A DNA stretch of 64,000 nt from Fidelibacterota bacterium UBA2242. Lineage in GTDB: Bacteria > Fidelibacterota > UBA2242. Below are positions 18,270 through 27,976 of this stretch, one piece after another. The notes below the pieces were generated by a model. That model searched no databases. It was not told the DNA's origin and saw only the letters and a program-made list of their open reading frames with translations. Numbering within the stretch: the stretch's first letter is position 1; every line of letters starts with the position of its first letter. The stretch is from positions 166,045 to 230,044 of the forward strand of contig DDYE01000002.1 in the NCBI GenBank assembly GCA_002347855.1, written 5' to 3'. The position numbers and the translations under genes are program-made.

Positions 18270-21119
18270 ATGGATTTAAAAAAAAACAACAAAGAGAAGG
18301 TAATTCTGGCTGGATTGGTTTTTATCATCAGCTTTGTGGTGTATTTAAAGACCATAGCCCCAACTGTGCCATTCTGGGACTGCGGTGAATTTATTGCCAC
18401 CAGTTATACCCTGGGTGTGCCGCATCCTCCGGGTAGTCCGCTTTTTATTCTTATCGGGCGTATTTTTTCCATGCTGCCCACCAGCAGTGATATTGCCTTT
18501 CGGGTTAATTTGATATCACCGATTGTCAGTGCCCTGGCTAATATGTTTCTTTTTCTAATAATTGTACAGCTTTTAAAAAGATGGGGCATGCCCCGCAATT
18601 CACTGGAAAAACTGGCGGTATACGGTGGTGCTTTTATCGGTGCACTGGCGTTTGCTTTTACCGATAGCCACTGGTTTAATGCGGTTGAAGCCGAAGTCTA
18701 TGCCAGTTCGATTTTTTTAACAGCAATTGTGGTCTGGTTGATTCTGGTCTGGGAGGAAAAAGCTGAACAGCCGGGCAGTGAGCGTTATTTGTTACTGATT
18801 GCCTATCTTGTCGGTCTGGCAATTGGAGTACATTTGCTCAATTTACTGGCGATCTTTTTTATTGCACTGATTATCTACTTTAAAAAATACCAAATTTCGT
18901 CTGTAGGCTGGCTGGTTCTGGATCTTGTCATTGGAGTAGCTGCGGTCGGTTTACTCTTTTTGTTCTTCTTGCAACTACGGATTAGTTTCACTTTGCAAGC
19001 TGCACTGACGCTTGGGATTTTTTCCCTGATTTATTATCAATTACTTATCAAATCCCGATCGCCACGCCTAAAGGAGCACGCTCGTAATGTTTTGATGGCA
19101 TTTGCCGCCTCAGGTGCGTTTTTAATTGTGAATGGCGGTATAATTCAGGGTTTGCCGGCGCTCGCGGATAAATTTGGTTTAATTGCGGTCGTAATTGTGA
19201 TTTTACTTGTTCTGGGCTTGACCGTGTGGTTCATTCATCAGAGGCATCATCTCATGAGTCTGATTATGATGTCGCTGGTGCTTATCATCGTAGGTTATTC
19301 TACCTATGCGCTTATTTTCATTCGGAGTATTCAAGATCCTCGGATTGACGAGAACGACCCGGAAACTACTCATCAGGCGGTGGCATACCTGCAGCGGGAG
19401 CAATACGGTCAACGTAGCTTTACCGATATTTTTAATCGTGCTAAATGGAAACCGGAAGCTGCTTACAAATATAAAGGTGCCTGGGATTATTTCTGGAACT
19501 ATCAGATTAACTATATGTATATTCGCTATTTCAACTGGCAATTTATTGGTCGTAAGGAAGCCTCTGTTGATCCCTTTCAATTCCTGTTGCCCTTCCCATT
19601 CCTGATAGGTTTGTACGGTTTATTGGTGCATTTTAACAAAGACAAACATAAAGCTCTGGCAGTGTTGGCGCTCTTTTTATTTACCGGTTTGATGATCGTC
19701 TTGTATCTCAATCAAGACGATCCTCAACCACGCGAGCGGGACTATTCTTATGTCGGGTCATTTTTTGCCTTCGCTATCTGGATTGGGATAGGAGTGGCGG
19801 CGCTCATCGCGCATATTACCAATCTACGCAAGGAAAAGTTGCGCCGACCTCTGGCATGGTTGGCAACAATTATTCTGCTGCTGGTCTTGCCTTTTAATAT
19901 GCTTGTTGCCAATTATCATGAGCATGACCGTACGGGAAATTATGTCGCCTGGGATTATTCCTATAATCTGCTTCAATCCTGTGAACCGAACGGAGTGTTG
20001 TTTACTAATGGTGATAATGACACTTTTCCACTCTGGTATTTACAGGAAGTCGAGAATATCCGGCGCGATGTCAAAGTGGTCAATCTCAGCCTTTTGAATA
20101 CGCCCTGGTACATCAAGCAGTTGCGGAATATCGAACCGCGACTGGAAATTGGACCATTTAGTGACGAGGAAATTGACCGATTTGAGTTAGTCCGCTGGGA
20201 AAAGCAAAAAGTCCAAATTAGTCCGCCACCCAACACTGAATTGTCACCCATGATCTGGGAACTGGCACCCACTCTACAGTATGGCAAGACTGGTTTGCTG
20301 CGCGTCCAGGACTTTATGATTATGTATATTCTCGAATATAATCGCTGGCAGAAACCCATCTATTTTGCAACGACCGTCTCACCGGATAATAAATTGGGAT
20401 TAGATGATTATCTCCAGATGGAAGGTCTGGTATTTCGGGTCTATCCCGAAAAGGTTAGCCGGGTGAATACCACCAAAATCGAGAAAAATATTTTTCATGT
20501 CTATCAATTCCGTAATCTGAATAACCCCAGCGTTTTTTACGATGACAATGTCGCGCGCCTGGTGGGTAATTATCGCTCGGCATTTCTGCAACTGGCTATT
20601 GATAAAATGTACAAAAACGACAAAGCTGGTATGGCAGCCGTCCTGGATTCGATGGAGGCCTGGATTCCTGAATCTATTTTTCCTATCGGCAACGATGATG
20701 TCTATCTACAAATTGGTTTACTCTACCACGAAAGCGGGCGCACTGGGCAGCCGGGCAAGCCGAGTGAACTGGAGCAGCGTCTGACTACACTTTTATCTCA
20801 GAAGAATATTCCCGTGCGTAGTCAATTGAAATATGCCAGCATTTATGCCCAGACTCTGAAGAATTATCCAAAGGCACTTAGCATTCTGGAACGCCTTAAT
20901 ATCCAAAAACCGAACGATCCCGAAATTGCGGGTTATTTAGTCAAACTCTATGAAGAGACCCAGCAATATGACAAAGTGGTCCCAATCCTGAACAGCTGGC
21001 TGGCATTGCATCCCGATGATGAGGTAGCTCGAGATATGCTGAACCGTAGTCTGGCACGCCTAACCCCGCAGCAGAAAGCACGGGTGGATTCCCTTTCGCG
21101 GGTGCCCCAGTTCCGCTAA
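18270..21119 (+). CDS. DUF2723 / TMEM260-like GT-C fold glycosyltransferase with C-terminal TPR-like region
   Basis: Hallmark N-terminus TIAPTVPFWDCGEFIATSYTLGVPHPPGSPLF. More than 10 TM helices. Soluble C-terminal half with helical repeats (YAQTLKNYPKALSILERL...). Confidence 0.8.
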   Translation: MDLKKNNKEKVILAGLVFIISFVVYLKTIAPTVPFWDCGEFIATSYTLGVPHPPGSPLFILIGRIFSMLPTSSDIAFRVNLISPIVSALANMFLFLIIVQLLKRWGMPRNSLEKLAVYGGAFIGALAFAFTDSHWFNAVEAEVYASSIFLTAIVVWLILVWEEKAEQPGSERYLLLIAYLVGLAIGVHLLNLLAIFFIALIIYFKKYQISSVGWLVLDLVIGVAAVGLLFLFFLQLRISFTLQAALTLGIFSLIYYQLLIKSRSPRLKEHARNVLMAFAASGAFLIVNGGIIQGLPALADKFGLIAVVIVILLVLGLTVWFIHQRHHLMSLIMMSLVLIIVGYSTYALIFIRSIQDPRIDENDPETTHQAVAYLQREQYGQRSFTDIFNRAKWKPEAAYKYKGAWDYFWNYQINYMYIRYFNWQFIGRKEASVDPFQFLLPFPFLIGLYGLLVHFNKDKHKALAVLALFLFTGLMIVLYLNQDDPQPRERDYSYVGSFFAFAIWIGIGVAALIAHITNLRKEKLRRPLAWLATIILLLVLPFNMLVANYHEHDRTGNYVAWDYSYNLLQSCEPNGVLFTNGDNDTFPLWYLQEVENIRRDVKVVNLSLLNTPWYIKQLRNIEPRLEIGPFSDEEIDRFELVRWEKQKVQISPPPNTELSPMIWELAPTLQYGKTGLLRVQDFMIMYILEYNRWQKPIYFATTVSPDNKLGLDDYLQMEGLVFRVYPEKVSRVNTTKIEKNIFHVYQFRNLNNPSVFYDDNVARLVGNYRSAFLQLAIDKMYKNDKAGMAAVLDSMEAWIPESIFPIGNDDVYLQIGLLYHESGRTGQPGKPSELEQRLTTLLSQKNIPVRSQLKYASIYAQTLKNYPKALSILERLNIQKPNDPEIAGYLVKLYEETQQYDKVVPILNSWLALHPDDEVARDMLNRSLARLTPQQKARVDSLSRVPQFR

Positions 21120-21134
21120 AAGCGTATTGAGCAC

Positions 21135-22205
21135 TTGAGCACCTTTCCGCTCATATCAGTGGTGATTCCGCATTATAACGGGGAAGAAATTCTCTGTGAG
21201 TGCCTGGAGTCACTATATAATTCAACGCAAATACCTCTCGAAGTCATTTTAGTGGACAATGCCTCGAGCGACGAGAGTGTTGCTATGGTGAGGGAACGAT
21301 TCCCTTCCGTTAAAATTATCCAGCTCCCCAGTAATCATGGTTTCGCCGGCGGCTGTAATATAGGTATTCGGCAGGCGGCAGGTGAATATGTTTTAATTCT
21401 CAATAACGATACTGTTCATGAGAAAGGCTGGCTCGAGTTGCTATTAACAAAACTCGAAAGCGATGCTGACCTTGCTGCCGTTCAGCCCAAAATCCGCTCT
21501 TTTCATAATCCTCAACAATTTGATTATTCCGGGGCAGCCGGTGGGGAAATGGACATTTTTGCCTTTCCTTTTACCAGAGGTAGAATCGTGGAATTCATTG
21601 AAAAGGACATCGGGCAATATGACTCTTTACCGTCGCGAATATTTTGGGCTTCCGGTACCGCCTTTTTAGCCCGCCGGCAGTCTTTAATAGATGTTGGACT
21701 TTTTGATGGAACTTTCTTTGCCCACATGGAGGAAATCGACCTCCAGTGGCGGTTGCAACTAGCTGGTTACCACATCGCTATAGAACCAAGAGCTGTAATT
21801 TATCATCGCTCCGGTTATACTCTGGGGGCTGAGTCGCCGCTAAAAAAATATTTGAATCATCGCAATAGTCTTTTGATGTTCCTTGCCAATTACCGTCTGC
21901 CGCTGACGCTATATCTACTACCGATACGGTTGATGTTAGATTATTTGGCGCTGGGATTTTCGCTGCTCCGTCTGGATTTTGGAAGAGTCCTGGCAATTCT
22001 TAAAGCTCACGGCTGGCTTCTGGTTCACCCTAACTTTGTTTTTCGCAAGCGTCGTCATGCTCAATCCCTGCGTAAGGTATCAGATGAGCAGATCCTTGCT
22101 CGCCTTTATCGCGGGACAATTGCGCTCAGCTTTTATATTTTCAAAAAAAGATGCTTTTCAGATTTGTCTTGCTACCAAAACACAACAGTCAGCAGAAAGC
22201 AATAG
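21135..22205 (+). CDS. glycosyltransferase family 2 protein
   Basis: ISVVIPHYNGEEIL...VDNASSDES...LILNNDT (GT-A, DxD-type), with a hydrophobic C-terminal tail. TTG start. Confidence 0.85.
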   Translation: MSTFPLISVVIPHYNGEEILCECLESLYNSTQIPLEVILVDNASSDESVAMVRERFPSVKIIQLPSNHGFAGGCNIGIRQAAGEYVLILNNDTVHEKGWLELLLTKLESDADLAAVQPKIRSFHNPQQFDYSGAAGGEMDIFAFPFTRGRIVEFIEKDIGQYDSLPSRIFWASGTAFLARRQSLIDVGLFDGTFFAHMEEIDLQWRLQLAGYHIAIEPRAVIYHRSGYTLGAESPLKKYLNHRNSLLMFLANYRLPLTLYLLPIRLMLDYLALGFSLLRLDFGRVLAILKAHGWLLVHPNFVFRKRRHAQSLRKVSDEQILARLYRGTIALSFYIFKKRCFSDLSCYQNTTVSRKQ

Positions 22206-22283
22206 TCATTAGTGGGCTAATAAACTTCATAAACAGAAAAGCACTATCTGGAGAGGGTCGGTTTTTAGCGCGACAATTTTAGG

Positions 22284-23534
22284 CTAAACTACCAGAATCT
22301 GTTCGCGCTCTCGACCAAAGGAAACTAGCGCGATTTTCACACCAATCAATTCCTCAATCGTCCGCAGGTAACGCTGGGCTGCGAGCGGTAAATCGACAAA
22401 AGTACGCGGATTTTCTATAGTTTGCTGCCAACCAGGCAATTCAATATATTCTGGTTCAGCCTGACTTAAGTCAATTGCTGGAAAATCACCATTACGGTAG
22501 CCGGTGCAGATTTTCAGCCTATCCAAGCTATTGAGTACATCGAGTTTGGTAATTGCCAGTGAGGTAAAGCCATTAATCATAGCGGCGTAACGACCTAAAG
22601 CTGCATCGAACCAGCCACACCGCCGCCGCCGTCTGGTTGTGGCGCCAAATTCTACGCCAGTTTCCTGGAGATAAGCACCGATAGAATCGGTTAGTTCAGT
22701 TGGGAAAGGACCGGCTCCGACGCGCGTTGTATAGGCTTTGAAGACTCCTATGATGGCGTCAATCCATTGAGGACCGATGCCCAAGCCGGTACAGATGTTG
22801 CCTGCCACCGTGTTCGAGGCAGTGACATAGGGGTAAGTCCCGAAATCTACATCAAGTAATGTTCCCTGGGCACCTTCGGCTAATATCTGGCGCCCTGACT
22901 GGAGATAGTGGTGGATGAGACGCACGGTATCCTCGACATACGGCAGAATTTTATCAACAGCAGCGTAGAATTGCTCCAGATCATCTTCCAATATACGAGT
23001 ATTAGTATCGTTCAGAATGCCACAGTTCTGGAGCGATTGGCGGCGCTGTTTAAGGTCATTCTCCAGTTTATGATGCTCCTTTAAATCACGAATGCGCAAA
23101 CCCGAGCGACTGACCTTATCAGTATAGCAGGGACCGATACCACGCTTGGTTGTTCCGATTGCCCGAACACCAAGGTTCTCTTCCTGATAAGAGTCGAGCA
23201 GTTTATGTAAGGGCGTAACAACATGCGCCAGGAGCGATACGTGGACTCGTCCGGCAAGATCAATCCCTCGTTGTTGGAGCATAGTCATTTCCTGCACCAA
23301 ACCAACCGGATCAATGACCATACCATTGCCCAGCAAGCAATGGGTATTGGGACGCAAAATTCCCGTCGGAATCTGGTGCAAAATAGTTTCTTCCGTGCCA
23401 ATTAAAATAGTATGACCAGCATTTGCACCGCCCTGGAAACGAGCGACCATATCCGACTGTCTGCCAAGGTAATCAACGATTTTCCCTTTACCTTCATCGC
23501 CCCACTGTGCCCCGATGACTGCTTGTAACGGCAT
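22284..23534 (-). CDS. purA: adenylosuccinate synthase
   Basis: N-terminal P-loop GAQWGDEGKGKIVD, plus GGANAGHT and GTTKRGIGP. Confidence 0.97.
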   Translation of the reverse strand: MPLQAVIGAQWGDEGKGKIVDYLGRQSDMVARFQGGANAGHTILIGTEETILHQIPTGILRPNTHCLLGNGMVIDPVGLVQEMTMLQQRGIDLAGRVHVSLLAHVVTPLHKLLDSYQEENLGVRAIGTTKRGIGPCYTDKVSRSGLRIRDLKEHHKLENDLKQRRQSLQNCGILNDTNTRILEDDLEQFYAAVDKILPYVEDTVRLIHHYLQSGRQILAEGAQGTLLDVDFGTYPYVTASNTVAGNICTGLGIGPQWIDAIIGVFKAYTTRVGAGPFPTELTDSIGAYLQETGVEFGATTRRRRRCGWFDAALGRYAAMINGFTSLAITKLDVLNSLDRLKICTGYRNGDFPAIDLSQAEPEYIELPGWQQTIENPRTFVDLPLAAQRYLRTIEELIGVKIALVSFGREREQILVV

Positions 23535-23540
23535 ATTATT

Positions 23541-23576
23541 TCCTTTTAAAATAAAATGCTCCCTATGGGGAGCATT
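23541..23576 (-). terminator. rho-independent terminator candidate downstream of secF
   Basis: 10-bp stem (23553-23562 pairs with 23567-23576; AAATGCTCCC / GGGAGCATTT) with a 4-nt loop. On the minus strand it is followed by TTATTTTAAAA. It lies between the secF stop and the purA start. Confidence 0.6.
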
Positions 23577-23601
23577 TCGATTAATTCAATTTTTACTTTG
23601 T

Positions 23602-24495
23602 TCATTTCTTCTTGTGAGCATCTAACTGCTTCTGCCAGAAAATTACAATCGGTGAGGCGATATAAATCGAAGAATAAGTTCCCACACCGACGCCGACAAT
23701 CATGGCAATTGAAAAATTACGTAATTCACCCTGAGCAAAGACCAATACGAAGACGACAAAAAGCGTCGTCAAACTGGTGATAATTGTGCGACTGAGGGTT
23801 TCATTGATGCTGTGATTGAAGAGATCAAGAAGATTATTATAGCGGCGCGAATGCATGTTCTCACGCACGCGGTCAAATATCACGATGGTATCGTTGAGTG
23901 AATAACCGACAATGGTTAAAAAAGCGGCAATGGTCGAAAGCGATATTTCCAGACGAAAGAATGAAAAGACTCCCAAAGTAAATAAGACATCATGTACCAG
24001 AGCAAGAACCGCTCCGACAGCAAACTTGAGCTGAAAGCGGAATGAAATATAGACCAGAATTACCACCAGCGCCCAGAAGATAGCTTGGTACATTGAACTC
24101 CGCAGTTCCTTTCCAATTTTTGGACCTACCTGCTCAGCACGCAGAGTTTCGAAAGAATTATTAGGGATTGAAAGCAGGGCATCATTAATCTGCCGGGTGG
24201 CTTCATCAGTAGTAGCCTGCAGGGGCGCCCTGATAATAAATTCATTCTGCCGAGCTGCTGGCTGAATACTACTATTCTGCAGGTTGTATTTTGCCAGAGC
24301 CTGGCGAATCTGCGCAGTCGTTACAGAGTCTTTGAAAGCTACCTGAATCAAAGTGCCGCCGGAAAAATCGAGACCGTAATTCAAGCCTCGTGTTAAAAGC
24401 AGAATTACAGCAACAGTTAAATATGCCACTGCAATTATTATTATATAGCGCATATACTTGAGGAAATCAATGTGAGTTTCTTTGAAAATTTTCAT
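23602..24495 (-). CDS. secF: protein translocase subunit SecF
   Basis: Typical SecF topology and motifs (LNYGLDFSGGT, GYSLNDTIVIFDRVRE). It lies directly downstream of secD. Confidence 0.95.
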   Translation of the reverse strand: MKIFKETHIDFLKYMRYIIIIAVAYLTVAVILLLTRGLNYGLDFSGGTLIQVAFKDSVTTAQIRQALAKYNLQNSSIQPAARQNEFIIRAPLQATTDEATRQINDALLSIPNNSFETLRAEQVGPKIGKELRSSMYQAIFWALVVILVYISFRFQLKFAVGAVLALVHDVLFTLGVFSFFRLEISLSTIAAFLTIVGYSLNDTIVIFDRVRENMHSRRYNNLLDLFNHSINETLSRTIITSLTTLFVVFVLVFAQGELRNFSIAMIVGVGVGTYSSIYIASPIVIFWQKQLDAHKKK

Positions 24496-24511
24496 AATCT
24501 CTCTCGCTCAG

Positions 24512-26422
24512 TTAGATGCTCAGTTTTTTGATGACGCGCTTTTCTGTTATCCAGTTATAGAAGGTTCGGGTGACAAAGACCGCCGTAAAAAAGCTGAAAG
24601 TAATACCCCAGAAAAGCGTCATGCCGAATCCTTTGACCGGGCCGGTGCCGAACTGCATTAAAATCAAGGCCGTAAAAACAGTGGTAATGTTAGAGTCGAA
24701 AATTGTGATAGTTGCCCGGCTATAACCACTGTCAATAGCCGCCCGAACTGTTTTGCCTTTTTCTAACTCTTCACGGATGCGCTCGAAAATCAGCACATTG
24801 GCATCCACTGCCATACCGACGGTGAGGATGATGCCAGCAATACCAGGTAAAGTCAAAGTTGCTTGTAAAATTGAAAGAATGGCTAGGACGAAAATAATGT
24901 TTAAGAGTAGAGCTAAATCAGCCAGGAGCCCCGATTGGCGATAATAAATTGCCATGAAAATTATGACAATAATTAGAGCAATCAAACCCAGACGGATGCC
25001 CATATTGATAGTATCACGCCCTAAGCTTGGTCCAACCGTACGCTCTTCGATAATATTGACCGGGGCAGGAAGGGCACCGGCTCGCAGAACGATAGCGATA
25101 TCTTTGGCTTCGTCCATGCTACCAATCCCTTCAATATATGCCTGGCCGTTCGGAATCTTGACCCGAATATAGGGCGCTGACCAGACTTTATCGTCTAACA
25201 CAATGGCTAATTGTTTGCCAATGTTGGCACCCGTCAGGCGGGAGAAAATTTTTGCGCCCTCGTTATTCATGCTCATGTTGACAATGGGTTGGCCGCTACT
25301 CTGGGTGCCAGCGCCTCCGAAACTGGCGGACGCTTTGGTGATGTATTTACCGGGTAATCCTACTTCGGAATTAAGATGATAGAGGATATAGTAATTTTCG
25401 GTCTTGCCATCTTGCAGAGTCAAACGTTCTGGATTGGCTGACCAGAGGAATTTCGATCCGAATGGAATCATTTCGACAATTTTGGGGTCGCTAAGGATTT
25501 TCTTGACGGCATAGACATTACGCTCTGGTACTCCAATCTGATTGCCCACATTGCGTAGTAGCGAGGAGAAAGGACGCTCGCGGTAAATGCTTTCATCAAC
25601 TACTAAACCCGTATCGGCAGAGTCAGCCGCGAAGCTACCCAGCTGGGTGGATTTCAGCAATTCCTTGACACTGACGGCTTTGTCTTTGGATTCTTTCAGA
25701 GCAACAGTAGTATCCTTGGGCGTAGTTGCTTCAGTTTTAACTTCTTCGCGTTTGCCAGTTTTGAGATAGTTATCGACCGCAGCAATAAAAGATTGAGTAA
25801 TAGCTGGGTCTTTTACCAGGATAAATTCCAATAGCGCCGTGTTTTGAATCAGTTCACGAGCGCGCACCGGGTCTTTGATACCTGCCAATTCCACGATGAT
25901 GCGATATTTGCCGGCCTTTTGAATAGTCGGTTCCGAAACGCCGAACTGGTCAACGCGGTTACGAATGATTTCGATGGCGCGTTGCACGGCATCTTTGGCT
26001 TCATCTTCCAATTTTGCGATAATTTCGCGATTTGTATAGGGTGGTCCTGGAAAATGACGCACGAGTTTTATATCGCTGGCTTCCACCTTCTGGCTTAGAA
26101 TATCGAAGTAGTTCTCCTCATTACCTTTCGATTCCTGGGCGGCAGCTGCCAGTACTTCTTCAAACTGAGGAGTCTTGTTGGTTGCCATGCTTTCGACCAG
26201 CTTCGGCAGATTAAGTTCCAGCACAATATGAATACCGCCCTGTAAATCCAATCCCAGATGAATAATGCGGTTTTCGTAGCGCTTGATGTCACCAGTGGTG
26301 CGGAGTGATTCCAATTTCTGTTCTGGGAAGGAATGATAAGCCACAGTCCAATAGAGCGCGTACAAAGCTAGGATGATTGTCACCCCAATCAGGATGAAAC
26401 GAATGTTTGTCTTTTTAAACAT
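24512..26422 (-). CDS. secD: protein translocase subunit SecD
   Basis: Motifs LGLDLQGGIH, large periplasmic domain, VGPSLG, and C-terminal RND-like TM bundle with AVDANVLIFERIREE. Confidence 0.95.
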   Translation of the reverse strand: MFKKTNIRFILIGVTIILALYALYWTVAYHSFPEQKLESLRTTGDIKRYENRIIHLGLDLQGGIHIVLELNLPKLVESMATNKTPQFEEVLAAAAQESKGNEENYFDILSQKVEASDIKLVRHFPGPPYTNREIIAKLEDEAKDAVQRAIEIIRNRVDQFGVSEPTIQKAGKYRIIVELAGIKDPVRARELIQNTALLEFILVKDPAITQSFIAAVDNYLKTGKREEVKTEATTPKDTTVALKESKDKAVSVKELLKSTQLGSFAADSADTGLVVDESIYRERPFSSLLRNVGNQIGVPERNVYAVKKILSDPKIVEMIPFGSKFLWSANPERLTLQDGKTENYYILYHLNSEVGLPGKYITKASASFGGAGTQSSGQPIVNMSMNNEGAKIFSRLTGANIGKQLAIVLDDKVWSAPYIRVKIPNGQAYIEGIGSMDEAKDIAIVLRAGALPAPVNIIEERTVGPSLGRDTINMGIRLGLIALIIVIIFMAIYYRQSGLLADLALLLNIIFVLAILSILQATLTLPGIAGIILTVGMAVDANVLIFERIREELEKGKTVRAAIDSGYSRATITIFDSNITTVFTALILMQFGTGPVKGFGMTLFWGITFSFFTAVFVTRTFYNWITEKRVIKKLSI

Positions 26423-26468
26423 TAAAACTCACCTCGAAAATAAAGGTTGACTTTGTAAAAAGCACATG

Positions 26469-26498
26469 AATTTAGTTGACTTAGGAAATTAATGTCAA
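26469..26498 (-). promoter_or_regulatory. sigma70-like promoter candidate for secDF
   Basis: The minus strand reads TTGACA (26498-26493), an 18-nt spacer, then TAAATT (26474-26469). GAGGTGA SD lies before the secD ATG. Confidence 0.3.
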
Positions 26499-26529
26499 TC
26501 AAAAAGACACTTATCGCCATAAATAGTTC

Positions 26530-27975
26530 TTAATCTTCCAATAAAATATAAGCTCGGGCTATTTCCTGTTCACCATAAGTTACGACAATCGGGTACTTTT
26601 TGCCTTCCCCATCAACCGAATATTTATTCCACGTAAGAAAACGGGTATTAATGAGGTAACCGCGATCTTCACCATTGTTAATATTACCGGGCGGCACAAA
26701 ACCCTTGAGATTTACTTTCAGGTTGGTGGCAGCGTAATTGTTCAGACTGACAGCACTAATGCGCAGCCGGTCGCCCCGCTTTACCGTCAGGGTTTCATCA
26801 GGTCGGATGGTATGTGTCATACCATTCACTTCGATGGTGAAAGTGCCTTCGGCGGCGGGTTGGGAAGCGACTACCTTGCCACTCACCGCCAGTTTTATTT
26901 CGCCTATCACTTTATTATCCTTGCGCACGATAATCGAGGTCGCCTGGTCTATGATGAAAGGTTTTTGGAAATCCTGGTCGCTCCCCAGTCCGATGATGTC
27001 ACAACTGAGACCACGCCCATAGTTTGATTCGATATGCACAATCTTGATGCGGTCGCCATTATTAAGGGAGACGGTGCTGTTATTTTCAGCGATGCGTGGC
27101 TCCTGATTATTGACCGCCAGTAGTAAGTAAATCAAGCGCGGTGGTTCGAAAAGAATGGCGGGGTGTTCTGGTTCAACTCCTAAGATTTTCAAGAATTCAT
27201 TGATGACATAATTATGGTAGCGGATTTTGAGTTCGAGGCTATTAAGATCTTTAGAGGTTTCGATGCCGAAAGCGGGAATTTTGTAGGTTGTCAGGGCAAA
27301 ATAGGTTGCCGATTTACGCTGTTCGGGATAGCGCGTATCTGGTTCCAGCGTCCGAGTATTAAGGAAACGAAAACGATGCTCCGGCTCCTCGATTTTGTAA
27401 TTCATTTGGTCCAGGACGCGGCGCGCCATTTTTTCTAAATAGAGAGTATCTTTGCCATTGATAAAGAGGGCGGCATCAGCAATAATAGATTGGCCATAGC
27501 AATTGGGATTATGGCGGGCATCGATATAGGAATCGCGATAGAAACCGCTGCCATCATGGAGATTGAGGAACAAATCCGATTCTGCCATCAAACTCTTGAT
27601 TATTTCCACAATCTTGTCATCAATATCGCGGGCTTCACTCCTATCGAAGCGCCGATTCATATCACCGTTTACGCCGCGCTTATTCAAAATGATTGAATGG
27701 AAATTGGCACGCGGTATCACAATTAGATTGCCCTTTTCCATTACCAAATCAGGATAAAGATCAGCTGACAGTACACCACCCGGCTCATCGCCCTGAATGC
27801 CACCAAGAATAAAAACAGTCTTACCATCGAAACGACCATATAGTTTATAGACATTCAGTTCATTGGGTGTATTTTCAAAGTAAGTTTTATGCTCCCGCCA
27901 GGGACGACGCGGGGGCTTTTCAGCCGCCAGGCAAAAGGTAAGCAAGATGATAATAAGTGATATGATCCGGCGCAT
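26530..27975 (-). CDS. Csd4/Pgp1-like M14-type peptidoglycan carboxypeptidase (predicted)
   Basis: Signal peptide. FILGGIQGDEPGG has Q-x-x-E in place of the canonical HxxE zinc motif. Also IPRANF, NGDMNRRF and NLHDGSG. The C-terminal half has repeated beta modules (VSLNNGDRIKIVHI / LTVKRGDRLRISAV). Confidence 0.6.
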   Translation of the reverse strand: MRRIISLIIILLTFCLAAEKPPRRPWREHKTYFENTPNELNVYKLYGRFDGKTVFILGGIQGDEPGGVLSADLYPDLVMEKGNLIVIPRANFHSIILNKRGVNGDMNRRFDRSEARDIDDKIVEIIKSLMAESDLFLNLHDGSGFYRDSYIDARHNPNCYGQSIIADAALFINGKDTLYLEKMARRVLDQMNYKIEEPEHRFRFLNTRTLEPDTRYPEQRKSATYFALTTYKIPAFGIETSKDLNSLELKIRYHNYVINEFLKILGVEPEHPAILFEPPRLIYLLLAVNNQEPRIAENNSTVSLNNGDRIKIVHIESNYGRGLSCDIIGLGSDQDFQKPFIIDQATSIIVRKDNKVIGEIKLAVSGKVVASQPAAEGTFTIEVNGMTHTIRPDETLTVKRGDRLRISAVSLNNYAATNLKVNLKGFVPPGNINNGEDRGYLINTRFLTWNKYSVDGEGKKYPIVVTYGEQEIARAYILLED

Positions 27976-27976
27976 G

